Below are positions 45,884-56,377 of a stretch of 56,967 bases of DNA, piece by piece. Every line of letters begins with the position of its first letter. Position 1 is the stretch's first letter. Source of the stretch: a virus (taxonomy: Duplodnaviria; Caudoviricetes); the IMG/VR virus record IMGVR_UViG_3300042524_000351, positions 1-56,967 of that record; one strand, 5' to 3'. A program made the translations under genes and the position numbers. A model generated the notes under the pieces. The model searched no databases. It was not told the DNA's origin and was given only the letters and a program-made list of their open reading frames with translations.

Positions 45884-46991
45884 AAAGTTTTGAGATGATC
45901 TGAGAGGTATCCGCCCCACGCTTGAACTCGATTTTGTTCGGCGCGGTGAGGATGACTTTACGACGACGGGTGACGCCATCGATTGGCATTTTCAGGGTAA
46001 CTCTCCGTATGGATGCCTGACGGACTGTATCCAATCGCTGATCACGCCGCAGGATCTCAAGGATGTCTGCACCGGTTATGCGGTAGCGGGCCATCATCTC
46101 ATCGTGTGCCGGGGAGTAGTCCACCTCTGTGATGAGAGTGCGGTCCTCCAGTGCATCAGGTATATCCGCATCGTCGGCAAAAAGTTCCGACAACTGGAGA
46201 ATGGATGCCGCACCAGGCCATTCATAGGCACTCGGATCTGCAAGAAAGGACTCTGCAAATGCGCGCCGTATAGGATCAGTCAGGCGACCGTAACCGGAGC
46301 GAATGCCAAGCATGCCGGTGGCCGGTTCAAATAGGGCGGCATCGAACTGGAGATCCCTCGCCTCTTCCCTGGAAAGGCTAGGCGAGGTTTCCGTGCCGCT
46401 GAGGCGACGCTGGGCGCGAGGCGATTTCTCAAAATAGAAACCAATGGTGAACAGCTCGGTATTCTCGAAGCGACGCAGCAAGACCCGACGGCTGCCGAAT
46501 TTACTGCCGCAACTGGCGGCGATGAGGGTGCGAAACGTATTGGTGGCGGTATTCAAATCGCTGACCAGTGTGACGGGCCGGCAAGGTTTGAACATTTGCA
46601 GCGAATCGCATTTGCGCACCTCATCCAGGCTCAACGCCGTTTCAAAGAGGTCGCGCCGGTTGGAAAGAACGTGGAGAGCGAGGCACTCGGATGTCAGATT
46701 CAGGTTGTATGGAGTAGATAGACCTGCCGCCCTGAGAGCTGCGAGGATTTGGTCGTGACCTTCAGGAGAGGTCATTTCCCAAGCTTCCACCATGCCAGAC
46801 GTCAAGACGCGGTATTCCTCAGGAGGGCAGGTGCCCAGATGAGTTGCGAATGCGGCAGCGGACACGACTGGACGTGGTAAGGTCAACCCTGCGGCGGGTA
46901 TGGATTGGAGGTATTCTTCGAGGATTTCCTCGTGCCCCGCAAAGGTTTGGAGGAAAGCCTCGTGATCGAAGTGGTTCGAGTTACGGGACAT
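45834..46991 (-). CDS. Hypothetical protein
   Basis: Long ORF overlapping the next gene; no motif recognised. Confidence 0.6.
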   Translation of the reverse strand: MSRNSNHFDHEAFLQTFAGHEEILEEYLQSIPAAGLTLPRPVVSAAAFATHLGTCPPEEYRVLTSGMVEAWEMTSPEGHDQILAALRAAGLSTPYNLNLTSECLALHVLSNRRDLFETALSLDEVRKCDSLQMFKPCRPVTLVSDLNTATNTFRTLIAASCGSKFGSRRVLLRRFENTELFTIGFYFEKSPRAQRRLSGTETSPSLSREEARDLQFDAALFEPATGMLGIRSGYGRLTDPIRRAFAESFLADPSAYEWPGAASILQLSELFADDADIPDALEDRTLITEVDYSPAHDEMMARYRITGADILEILRRDQRLDTVRQASIRRVTLKMPIDGVTRRRKVILTAPNKIEFKRGADTSQIISKLYDANVLLLPEFDAVLG

Positions 46992-47167
46992 GGTTATTGG
47001 CTGGTTGTTGGTTCTTAGCAATACACCGCGCCGGAACTCTTCCCGGCAGTATACGTTGCACCGCGCGGAAGATTCTGCACGATTCTGCTTGCATGGTCAA
47101 ATTGTTTCTGCAATTTTCCTCCCGCAGTGCTCGTTATACTGTGATCAGCATTACCAAATCTCCCACC

Positions 47168-47770
47168 GTGAACTCCACCCACAGGCATCCCACAATCAAG
47201 GAACTCGCTCAGATTCGAGCCGGTTACCAGAGCCGTAAAGAGGTGAAATCTACCCCCAATGGTTCCCATGCCCTGCTACAGATTCGCGATTTCGATGAAG
47301 GGCGCACACAGATCGACTTGGAAAACATAGCCCGCATCGAGCCTGGAGCGATCAACGAGGACCAAGTTCTCCGCGATGGGGACGTGATTCTTCTGTCGAA
47401 AGGTGCCAAGAATTTCAGCTTCGCGCCTTCCGGACTCCCTAAGCCCGCGCTCGCCGCGTCCTACTTCTTCATTCTGCGCCCGTCGCGGCGTATCTGTCCT
47501 GACTACCTCACCTGGTACTTGAATCTGGACACCACCAAAAACGTGCTGCGCAAATACGCCACCCAAGGGGCCCACATGCCCGTTGTCCGCCGGGATGTCC
47601 TCGAAAATCTCGAAATCCCGGTGCCCAACCTCGCCACCCAGCGCAAAATCGTGGAACTCGCGGCTCTAATTAACCGCCAAGGCCAGCTCATGGCCGAACT
47701 CACCGACAAGAAGAAAATCTTTGCCAACGCCGCCTGCCTTCGCGCAGCCAAAGAATCCACCAACCAGTAA
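47168..47770 (+). CDS. Half-size HsdS-like protein (single TRD)
   Basis: LRDGDVIL, PDYLTWYLN, LENLEIPVPNLATQRKIV; GTG start assumed. Confidence 0.8.
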   Translation: MNSTHRHPTIKELAQIRAGYQSRKEVKSTPNGSHALLQIRDFDEGRTQIDLENIARIEPGAINEDQVLRDGDVILLSKGAKNFSFAPSGLPKPALAASYFFILRPSRRICPDYLTWYLNLDTTKNVLRKYATQGAHMPVVRRDVLENLEIPVPNLATQRKIVELAALINRQGQLMAELTDKKKIFANAACLRAAKESTNQ

Positions 47771-47775
47771 GAACA

Positions 47776-49284
47776 ATGACCGACCAACAAATTAAAGACG
47801 AGATCTTCAACGTCGTCTGGAGCGCTTGCGACACCTTTCGGGGTGTCATCGACCCCAGCGACTACAAAAACTACATCCTCACCCTCCTGTTCGTGAAATA
47901 CCTCAGCGACGCCCGCAAGGGGAAGCTGGAGGAGTTCGAGAAGAAGTATAACGGCGACAAGACACGCATTGAGCGGGCTATGTCCCGCGAACGCTTTGTC
48001 ATCCCCGAGGAATGCACCTTTGATCACCTTTACGCCCACCGCGAGGACACCGACATCGGCCAGGTCGTCAACACGGTCTTGGAAGCGATTGAAGACGCCA
48101 ACAAGGCGAAGCTGCACAACGTGTTCCGCAACATCGACTTCAACAGTGAGGCGAACCTTGGTAAGACCCGCCAGCGCAACCAACGACTCAAGCAGCTCCT
48201 GGAGGACTTCAATAGCAAGAAACTCGACCTACGTCCGTCAAGGGTCGGCCATATGGACATCGTGGGCGACGTTTATGAGTACCTGATTGGCCGATTCGCT
48301 GCGCAGGCGGGCAAAAAGGCCGGGGAGTTCTACACCCCTGCCGAGGTCTCAGAGACCCTTGCTCGCTTGGTCAAGCCGCAGGATGGTGACCGCATTTGTG
48401 ACCCGACCTGCGGATCTGGCTCACTACTCATCAAGGCATCCCAGCGTGTAGGATCGAAGAACTTCTCGCTCTACGGCCAAGAGATGAACGGGAGCACGTG
48501 GGCGCTCTGTAAAATGAACATGTTCCTCCACGAAGTCGATGCTGCCCGCATCGAGTGGGAAGACACAATCAGACACCCGCAACTCGTCGAAAATGATGCT
48601 CTGATGAAGTTCGACATCGTGGTCGCCAACCCGCCGTTCAGCCTAGACAAGTGGGGACAGGAGATCGCCGCGTCGGATCAGTTCGACCGCTTCCACCGAG
48701 GCATTCCGCCAAAGAGCAAGGGGGACTGGGCCTTCATCAGCCACATGATTGCTACCGCAGTTGAAAGCAAGGGTCGCGTCGGCGTAGTCGTACCCCATGG
48801 TGTCTTGTTCCGTGGGGGGCAAGAAGGCGTTATCCGCAAGTCCTTGATTGAGGAGAACGTGCTGGCTGGTGTGATTGGTCTGCCCGCAAATCTGTTCTAC
48901 GGGGCCGGCATCCCAGCCGCCCTAGTCATCTTTGACAAGAGCCGTAAACCAAAAAGGAAAGATCCTGTGTTCTTCATTGATGCCTCCGCTGAATATGAGC
49001 AGGGCACGAACCAAAATCGCCTACGCCGTCAGGATATGGATAAGATCGTCGAGACCTTCCACTCGAATAAGGAGATCGAAAAATACTCCAAGCTGGCAAG
49101 CTTCGCAGAGATAGAGGAAAACGACTTCAATCTCAATATCCCGCGATATGTCGACACGTTCGAACCTGAGCCGGAAATCGAGATGGTTGATGTGCAGAAG
49201 GACATCACCCGCCTGAATGCAGAGTTGGCCGAAGTAGAGGCTCAGATGAACACTTACCTGGAGGAACTCGGTTTCAAGTCATGA
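47776..49284 (+). CDS. hsdM: Type I R-M N6-adenine methyltransferase
   Basis: GEFYTP, DPTCGSG, ANPPF, NLNIPRYV. Confidence 0.95.
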   Translation: MTDQQIKDEIFNVVWSACDTFRGVIDPSDYKNYILTLLFVKYLSDARKGKLEEFEKKYNGDKTRIERAMSRERFVIPEECTFDHLYAHREDTDIGQVVNTVLEAIEDANKAKLHNVFRNIDFNSEANLGKTRQRNQRLKQLLEDFNSKKLDLRPSRVGHMDIVGDVYEYLIGRFAAQAGKKAGEFYTPAEVSETLARLVKPQDGDRICDPTCGSGSLLIKASQRVGSKNFSLYGQEMNGSTWALCKMNMFLHEVDAARIEWEDTIRHPQLVENDALMKFDIVVANPPFSLDKWGQEIAASDQFDRFHRGIPPKSKGDWAFISHMIATAVESKGRVGVVVPHGVLFRGGQEGVIRKSLIEENVLAGVIGLPANLFYGAGIPAALVIFDKSRKPKRKDPVFFIDASAEYEQGTNQNRLRRQDMDKIVETFHSNKEIEKYSKLASFAEIEENDFNLNIPRYVDTFEPEPEIEMVDVQKDITRLNAELAEVEAQMNTYLEELGFKS

Positions 49285-50555
49285 TTACCACGAATGCAAA
49301 TCGTAATGGCTTTAAGCATAGCAAGGTTGGGTGGATTCCAAAAGATTGGAAAACGCAAGCCATATCAAGCGTTGCAGACATCCGCTTTAGTGGGGTTGAC
49401 AAAAACACGATAGAAGGCGAAACGCCAGTCAGACTTTGCAACTACACTGACGTCTATTATAGGGATACGGTAGGTCCTGACGTGGACTTCATGAGCGCTT
49501 CCGCAACAGCCACTGAGATTTCCCGCTTTGAGCTACGAGAAAACGATGTGTTGGTGACAAAGGACTCAGAGTCAGCCGATGACATAGCAGTTCCTTGTTT
49601 TGTTAAAGCTGATGCCCCTGGAGTTTTATGTGGCTATCACCTGGCCCTTATTCGTCCCGACGCCAATGTGCTATGTGGTCGCTATCTCAGCTATGCCCTT
49701 AAGACCGATCATGCTCGCAATGATTTTAGAAGATTTGCTAACGGTGTGACAAGATTTGGTTTGACGTCGGATACCTTCGAGAAGGTTCTGATTCCGGTCC
49801 CTCCTTTGGAGGAGCAGCATGAAATTGCTAAGATAATTTCTAAATGCGATGATTTAATAGATGTGCATGGTGATCTGATCACAGCTAAGAAACGACAAAA
49901 ACGAGCTCTTCAGCAGCAATTACTAACAGGAAAAAAGCGCTTACCTCGCTTCAAGGCAGTATGGCGAGAAGTATGTCTCAACGATCTCTGCACTCGATTG
50001 ACTACTGTGGCCGAGGACCCTAATGGATACCCAGTACTCAGCATAACCGCTGGGACCGGCTTTGTCTCTCAAGAGGACAAGTTTAGTCGCGTCATCGCCG
50101 GTAAGCAGGTAGAGAATTATGTCCTCTTGAGGCGTGGTGAGTTCGCTTACAACAAGGGAAACTCATACCGCTTCCCGCAAGGATGTGTGTATCAGCTTAG
50201 TGAATACGATGAGGGTCTAGTCCCTAATGTGTTTTATTCCTTCAAGCTTAATGAGCGAAAGGCTGACCAAGAATTTATCAAACAGTATTTTCTATCAGGT
50301 ATGCACAACAAAAACCTTTACCGTTGGATCAACTCTGGTGTTCGGAACAACGGATTGTTAAATTTGAATGCATCTGACTTCTTTAAACTGCCAATCGACC
50401 TGCCCCCACTTGATGAACAACATGCGATTGGAGATGTTCTGCGAACGGCCGATGAAGAGATCAAGTCTCTGAATGATAAGCTGGTTGCTCTTAAAGATCG
50501 AAAAAGCGGGCTCATGCAGAAACTGCTAACCGGTCAAGTCCGCATAAAAATATAA
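49281..50555 (+). CDS. hsdS: Type I R-M specificity subunit
   Basis: IPKDW, two TRDs each ending PPLEEQ/PPLDEQ, LMQKLLTG. Confidence 0.93.
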   Translation: MITTNANRNGFKHSKVGWIPKDWKTQAISSVADIRFSGVDKNTIEGETPVRLCNYTDVYYRDTVGPDVDFMSASATATEISRFELRENDVLVTKDSESADDIAVPCFVKADAPGVLCGYHLALIRPDANVLCGRYLSYALKTDHARNDFRRFANGVTRFGLTSDTFEKVLIPVPPLEEQHEIAKIISKCDDLIDVHGDLITAKKRQKRALQQQLLTGKKRLPRFKAVWREVCLNDLCTRLTTVAEDPNGYPVLSITAGTGFVSQEDKFSRVIAGKQVENYVLLRRGEFAYNKGNSYRFPQGCVYQLSEYDEGLVPNVFYSFKLNERKADQEFIKQYFLSGMHNKNLYRWINSGVRNNGLLNLNASDFFKLPIDLPPLDEQHAIGDVLRTADEEIKSLNDKLVALKDRKSGLMQKLLTGQVRIKI

Positions 50556-50568
50556 ACCAAACGAGGAA

Positions 50569-53500
50569 ATGGAAGACGAAGAGCATTACCAAACTCCAAG
50601 CTATCTCGAAGCCGTGCAGAGCCAACTTCCGGCATTGCAACTGTTGATCGGGATGGGCTGGGCATACCTGCCGCCTGAAGAGTGCGTTCGTTTGCGAACT
50701 GGCCGTCTTGGCACCTCTATCATGGACTCGGTCTTGATCGACTTCATTCGTCGGCATGGTCGTTATACTTTCAAGGGCAAGGAGCACGTCTTCACTGAAA
50801 ATGCGATTGCCAACGCCGTTCAGTCACTCAAGTCCTTCCGTGCCACTGGGGCGATTCACCAAAACGAGGAGGTCTATGACCTGCTCTGCCTGGGGACCAG
50901 TGTTCCGCAGACCGTGGAGGGGGACACCAAGAGCTTCTCCATCGGCTACATCGATTGGAAGAATCCTGAAAACAATACCTACCATTGCACGGCCGAGTTC
51001 AAGGTTGAGCGCGTAGGCCTCCAGAAGCACTTTATCCCGGACATCGTTCTTTTCATCAATGGAATTCCCGTGGTGGTAATCGAGTGCAAGCGCAGCGCCT
51101 ACACAGATCTTAAGAAGCAGCCGGTGGATCTCGCTGTGGAACAGTTGATCGGGTACCAGGAGAAGGATGGGATTCCGCAGGTGTTTCTGTATTCCCAGCT
51201 TCTCCTCGCCCTTGCCCGCGACAAGGCCGAATACGGCACCACTGCCACTCCACGCAAGTTTTGGACCGTATGGCGCGAGGATGGATTGGATGACGCGATC
51301 CGGCAACTGATCAACCGTCCGATTGCGGATAACTCTCCACTGCTGACCGGCCCCTTCGAGCAATCAGCGCAAGGCTTCATCAAACTGCATGCTGCGGGCC
51401 GAGAGATCTATGAGCAAGACCGAGCCCTTTATGCGCTCTGTCGCCCGGAGCGACTTCTGCGACTAATTTACCAGAACATCGTCTTCGACAATGGGATAAA
51501 GAAAATCGCTCGCTACCAGCAGTTCTTCGCTGTTGAGGACATACTCAAGCGGATTCGTGGGGGCAGGCCGGATGAGCCTCGCGCTGGTGGCGTCGTCTGG
51601 CATACACAGGGCAGCGGCAAGTCACTCACGATGGTGATGCTCGCCAAAGCGTTGATCCTAGCTCCCGACATTCTCACACCCAAAGTCATCCTAGTCACTG
51701 ACCGCATCGACCTCGACGACCAAATCTGTGGTACCTTCCGCGCCTGTGGTTTCGAGCCTGAGCAGGCCAGCACTGGGCAGGACCTGGTGAAGCACCTGAC
51801 GGATGACAAGGCACACGTCGTAACCACGCTAATCCACAAATTTGAAGCTGCCACCAAGGCCCGAAACCTCAAGGGAGCCAGCCGCGATACCTTTGTGTTG
51901 GTCGACGAAGGCCACCGGAGCAACTACTCTGAGCATCACGCCCGCATGAAACTCGCTCTCAAAGGGGCCTGCTTTATCGCCTTTACCGGCACACCACTGG
52001 CTACCAAGAAGGTGGTGAAGGTAAGCCAGGATGGGAAGAAGACGACGAAGACCATCAATCCGAAGAAGAGCACTTTTGATCAATTCGGTGCGCTGTTTAC
52101 TCCGCCTTATACGATTGCTCGTGCTGTTGAAGACAAAGCTGTCACCCCGTTGCTTTATGAAGCGCGCCACGTTCCACAGACAGTGGATCAAGGGCCAATC
52201 GATAGCTGGTTTGAAAAGCTGACTCTTGGCTTGAACGAGAAACAGAGGGCAGATCTTAAGCGGAAGTATTCTTCCGATAGGCAACTCAACAAGGCCGAGC
52301 AGAAGGTCCGCATGATCGCATGGGACGTATCTCTCCATTATGCCAGGACTTATCAAGGGACCGGGATGAAGGGACAGCTCGTCGCGCCCGACAAAGCCAC
52401 GGCCCTACTTTACAAAAGCTGTTTCGATGAGTTCGGTCAAGTTAGCACGGAAGTCCTGTTTTCGGGTCCAAACCAAGCCGAGGGCGAGAATAACAAAAAG
52501 GAGCCCTCGCTTGAAGAGAGGAAGTTCTGGCAATCGATGATGGATCGCTATGGCTCTGAGGACAAATACAACAAGCAGCTCATCAACGCGTTCAAAAAGG
52601 GCGAGGAACCTGAGATCATCATTGTGGTCGACAAGCTGCTGACCGGCTTCGACGCCCCCTGCAACACGGTCCTCTACTTGGCGCGTAAGCTGAAGGCGCA
52701 CACCTTGCTCCAGGCGATTGCTCGTGTGAATCGACTTTTTGAAGGCAAGCAGTATGGTCTGATTCTCGATTACAGTGGAGTGATCGAAGATCTGGACGAT
52801 GCCATCGACTTTTATACCAAGCTCGCCGACTACGACAAAGACGACCTCGCGGAAACCGTGCATTTTGTAATAGAGGAGGCTGCAAAATTGCCGCAGCTCC
52901 ACTCGGATGCATGGGAGCTATTCCCGGGTCTCAAAGGCACCACCGATCCGGAACCGTTTGCTCAGAGCCTTCGGGACGAGGCAAAGCGTAACCGCTTCTA
53001 TGAGCGCTTCGGTGCCTTCGCCCGCACCCTGGCACTGGCGCTGTCCTCAACCAGCTTCCTTGAAACGACAGCCGAAATGACGATTCAGCGCTACAAGGCT
53101 GACCTGAAGTTCTTCCAAAACCTCCGGGCTGAAGTAGCCCATCGATTCCAAGAGCGCATCGACTTCTCCGAATACGAACCAAAGATTCAGAAGCTGATCA
53201 ACACCCATGTCAGCGCCGACGAAGTGGTGCAGCTATGTGATCCGATCAACCTGTTTGATGCAACGGAGAGGCGGCAGGTTCTCGAAGATCAGGGTAAGAG
53301 CGCCGAGGCCAAAGCGGACATGATTGCTTCCGCAACGCAGCGCACGATCGACAAGGAAATGGAGAAGGATCCGGCTTTCTACACCAAGTTCTCCAAGATG
53401 ATCCAGGAAGTGCTGGCCGCGATCTACAGTGGACGTATGAGCGCTATCGAGGCCCTGCCTACTCTAGAGGATTACGCAAACAAGGTGGCCACCCGCACTG

Positions 53501-53814
53501 ATGATAGCCTTCCCGAGGAACTTGCAACCCGTGACATGGCACGCCGCTACTACGGCGTTGTTCGAGATGAGATCATGAAATACCACCCAAATCTCAAAGC
53601 CGCCGTTCGCATTGCGGTTGAAATACAGGATCGCTTGGCAGATCACAAGATCCGCGATTTCAGAGACAATCACGATGCCCTGAATCGGATGCGAAACGAA
53701 ATCGACGACGTGTTTTTTGATGTGTGCGAAGAGATGGGCATGGAGATCCCGCTCGAAGTTCAGGACAAGCTAATCGATCAATGTATTGAGCTCACAATCG
53801 CCAATGAAGACTAA
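50569..53814 (+). CDS. hsdR: Type I R-M restriction subunit
   Basis: PDIVLFINGIPVVVIECK, HTQGSGKS, DEGH, FTGTP, LLTGFDAP, QAIARVNR. Confidence 0.95.
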   Translation: MEDEEHYQTPSYLEAVQSQLPALQLLIGMGWAYLPPEECVRLRTGRLGTSIMDSVLIDFIRRHGRYTFKGKEHVFTENAIANAVQSLKSFRATGAIHQNEEVYDLLCLGTSVPQTVEGDTKSFSIGYIDWKNPENNTYHCTAEFKVERVGLQKHFIPDIVLFINGIPVVVIECKRSAYTDLKKQPVDLAVEQLIGYQEKDGIPQVFLYSQLLLALARDKAEYGTTATPRKFWTVWREDGLDDAIRQLINRPIADNSPLLTGPFEQSAQGFIKLHAAGREIYEQDRALYALCRPERLLRLIYQNIVFDNGIKKIARYQQFFAVEDILKRIRGGRPDEPRAGGVVWHTQGSGKSLTMVMLAKALILAPDILTPKVILVTDRIDLDDQICGTFRACGFEPEQASTGQDLVKHLTDDKAHVVTTLIHKFEAATKARNLKGASRDTFVLVDEGHRSNYSEHHARMKLALKGACFIAFTGTPLATKKVVKVSQDGKKTTKTINPKKSTFDQFGALFTPPYTIARAVEDKAVTPLLYEARHVPQTVDQGPIDSWFEKLTLGLNEKQRADLKRKYSSDRQLNKAEQKVRMIAWDVSLHYARTYQGTGMKGQLVAPDKATALLYKSCFDEFGQVSTEVLFSGPNQAEGENNKKEPSLEERKFWQSMMDRYGSEDKYNKQLINAFKKGEEPEIIIVVDKLLTGFDAPCNTVLYLARKLKAHTLLQAIARVNRLFEGKQYGLILDYSGVIEDLDDAIDFYTKLADYDKDDLAETVHFVIEEAAKLPQLHSDAWELFPGLKGTTDPEPFAQSLRDEAKRNRFYERFGAFARTLALALSSTSFLETTAEMTIQRYKADLKFFQNLRAEVAHRFQERIDFSEYEPKIQKLINTHVSADEVVQLCDPINLFDATERRQVLEDQGKSAEAKADMIASATQRTIDKEMEKDPAFYTKFSKMIQEVLAAIYSGRMSAIEALPTLEDYANKVATRTDDSLPEELATRDMARRYYGVVRDEIMKYHPNLKAAVRIAVEIQDRLADHKIRDFRDNHDALNRMRNEIDDVFFDVCEEMGMEIPLEVQDKLIDQCIELTIANED

Positions 53815-54544
53815 GTCATCTGACCATGTTCTCGTATACGGCGAGCGACGCATCCCTTACTTGCTCCGACTTTCGGATCGGAAGCGCTTACGCATCATCG
53901 TGAAGCCCGATCTTAGCGTAACGGCCGATGCTCCGAGTGGATTCTCCGAGGAGGAGGTTAGAGATGCTATCCAATCAAAGGCCCCGTGGATTGTCAGGCA
54001 GTTGGCGGAGCTTGAGGATTACCACCCGTTGCCAAGACCGCACAAATTCGTCAGCGGGGAGACATTCGTCTATCTCGGCAGGCAATACCGGTTGAAGGTC
54101 GAGACAGGGGAGAAGGCTCCTGCAAAATTACGTGGCCGATTTCTTCACGTTACGGTTTCCAACAAGACTAATTCGGATTTAGTTAGAAAAGTTGTGAATG
54201 CATGGTATCGAACCCGTGCCGAAGATGTTTTTCGGCGTTACCTCGATGCCTGTATGGAAGTTGCAGTCCGCCACGGCATCAATGAGCCAACTCTGACGAT
54301 ACGGGAAATGCGCACCCGGTGGGGTAGCTGCACTGCCAAAGGCCTTGTCACCTTGAATTTACGCCTGATCCACGCTCCCGTGCACTGCATTGAATACGTA
54401 GTGATGCACGAACTTTGCCACCTCGTCCACCACGATCACTCGCCAAAGTTCTTCCGCCTCCTGACCCGCTGCATGCCAGACTGGAAGAAAAGGCGGGATA
54501 TACTGAGTCGAGTCGTCCCTAATCCGCCGGGAGCTCGGAACTGA
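53804..54544 (+). CDS. YgjP/M48-like Zn metallopeptidase
   Basis: RWGSC, YVVMHELCH (HExxH); common companion of hsdR. Confidence 0.88.
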   Translation: MKTKSSDHVLVYGERRIPYLLRLSDRKRLRIIVKPDLSVTADAPSGFSEEEVRDAIQSKAPWIVRQLAELEDYHPLPRPHKFVSGETFVYLGRQYRLKVETGEKAPAKLRGRFLHVTVSNKTNSDLVRKVVNAWYRTRAEDVFRRYLDACMEVAVRHGINEPTLTIREMRTRWGSCTAKGLVTLNLRLIHAPVHCIEYVVMHELCHLVHHDHSPKFFRLLTRCMPDWKKRRDILSRVVPNPPGARN

Positions 54545-54568
54545 ACCGAGTCAAACTGTCTGCATGTC

Positions 54569-55192
54569 ATGTATTACTCCGCTAGAGTCCGCCAGAATAT
54601 CCTTCCACTGTCAGTGGGCGATACGCTTCCTCAAGCGTTCGAAGAATGGTCGTTTATTGACCACACCATTGATCACGAAACTCCGGATGAAAAATGTCAG
54701 CTCTGCGACAAAGATGGTTTGCGCTATCACTTCGAGATTCAGAATGTACTGACGGGGGCGAGTTTGATGGTCGGTTCTCATTGCATCCTTCAGTTTGGAC
54801 TGTCTGTTTTCGACGAGGGCCGTCGACTGAATCCGAAGGAAGCAAAAAGGAAACTCGACCGGCTCACAAACAAGATGAGGTTGGATTCTACGATCAGCTC
54901 GCTCGAACGCCTCGCTGAGAAGGAGAACGATTCTAGGCTCTCTGGAGCGCTGGCCTATCTGAAGGTCAACAAGAAGCTGACCCCAAAATATGCGGCAATG
55001 GTATTATGGCGCTTGCAGGAGCGGCACATCGACCATTGCCCGTCGTTCTTCAAGATTTCGCTTAAGAGAGACGACCACAAAGAAGCACTGCGAACCATGA
55101 AGTCCAAGATGCTGAACTACCTGTGGCCAGCCCTCACCTCCTCACAGCGAAAGCTGGCTCAATCACTAGGAAGGGTTCCTCCTGTTTCATGA
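54569..55192 (+). CDS. Hypothetical Zn-finger protein
   Basis: CQLC...VGSHCI putative metal ligands; basic helical C-terminus. Confidence 0.6.
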   Translation: MYYSARVRQNILPLSVGDTLPQAFEEWSFIDHTIDHETPDEKCQLCDKDGLRYHFEIQNVLTGASLMVGSHCILQFGLSVFDEGRRLNPKEAKRKLDRLTNKMRLDSTISSLERLAEKENDSRLSGALAYLKVNKKLTPKYAAMVLWRLQERHIDHCPSFFKISLKRDDHKEALRTMKSKMLNYLWPALTSSQRKLAQSLGRVPPVS

Positions 55193-55278
55193 TCATCAGT
55201 CATGCTTTGGAGCATGCGCATATAGGCCACAGCAATTCTTAAGCTCAAGAACGAAACCTTGCACTAGCATTACGCACA

Positions 55279-55422
55279 TTACCCCACGGGCATACTCTCA
55301 ATCGTTGCCGCCACATCCGCCACCCGAAACCGAACGGCCTTGCCCATCTTGATGTAGGAGATCAGGCCGCCCACGCACCAGTTGTAGAGTTGGCGGCGGC
55401 AGATTTTGATGTGGCGGGCAAG
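55279..55422 (-). pseudogene. 5'-truncated copy of the excisionase-like gene
   Basis: Translates LARHIKICRRQLYNWCVGGLISYIKMGKAVRFRVADVAATIESMPVG*; in-frame TAG upstream and no ATG. Confidence 0.8.
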
Positions 55423-55442
55423 CCCTGGTTTGTTCAGGCTCT

Positions 55443-56375
55443 ATGCGGAACCGCTCGATCATGCAAAAAAAGAAGAAATCCTCAGCACCCGGCCCGCAAT
55501 TTGTGCGCTTTTTTTGGCCACTTATCCGCTCCCTTCAAAAGTTAGGAGGGTCTGGCAATGCAAGCGAAGTCATTCAAATGATCGTGCAGGATGAAATGAT
55601 TCCTGAGGACGTCCAGCAGGAGAAGCTCAAGAGCGGCGGCTTGAGGGTGAACAATCAGATCTATTTTTGCAGACAGTATTTGGTCTGGGCTGGTTACGTG
55701 ACGTCATCGTCGCGTGGGGTCTGGACGCTTACCGAGTCCGGACAATCCCTCAAGGGTATGAGCCAGGAAGATGCGCTCAAGGTATTCAAGGAGCAGTCTG
55801 TTCTCAACAGAACAAAGGCCAATAAGAAGAAAGCAATCGATGGGGCACAAGAATCAGATGATATAGATGGCGAGGACGAGAGCGGCATTCCTGGGGGCAC
55901 CGAAGCGTATGACTACAAGAAGCAAGCGTTAGCCCGAGTTTACGGCCTGAGCCCGAAAGGCTTCGAGCACTTCTGCAAGCGCCTACTTCGGGAATCCGGC
56001 TTCGAACGGGTCGAGGTTACTGGTGGCCCGAAAGACAAGGGAATTGATGGTGAGGGGCTACTGAAACTAAATTCCTTCATGAGTTTCAGGGTTGTTTTTC
56101 AGTGCAAACGCTATGCGGAAGCCGTAACATCCAGCCATATTTCGACATTTCGTGGCAGTATTCCATCCAGCGCCGACAAAGGCATTCTTATCACCACAGG
56201 ATATTTCACCTCTGACGCCATTAAGATGGCGCAGGAAAAGGGACTCAAACCAATTGAACTGATCAACGGAGACCAGCTCGTCCGGCTCATGGAAGAACTC
56301 CAGCTAGGACTCCGTCCTACATATTTGGTGGATGATGAGTTTTTCGATGATTTTGCGGTGAATGGGATGGCCTGA
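55443..56375 (+). CDS. mrr: Mrr family (type IV) restriction endonuclease
   Basis: Mrr N-terminal winged helix (RGVWTLT), FEHFC, DKGIDG, QCKRY, LINGDQL. Confidence 0.9.
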   Translation: MRNRSIMQKKKKSSAPGPQFVRFFWPLIRSLQKLGGSGNASEVIQMIVQDEMIPEDVQQEKLKSGGLRVNNQIYFCRQYLVWAGYVTSSSRGVWTLTESGQSLKGMSQEDALKVFKEQSVLNRTKANKKKAIDGAQESDDIDGEDESGIPGGTEAYDYKKQALARVYGLSPKGFEHFCKRLLRESGFERVEVTGGPKDKGIDGEGLLKLNSFMSFRVVFQCKRYAEAVTSSHISTFRGSIPSSADKGILITTGYFTSDAIKMAQEKGLKPIELINGDQLVRLMEELQLGLRPTYLVDDEFFDDFAVNGMA

Positions 56376-56377
56376 GA

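Noticed and set aside
46844-47167. N-terminal extension of the short hsdS ORF
   Set aside because: Overlaps the divergent gene and intergenic region; HsdS-like sequence begins only after GTG 47168
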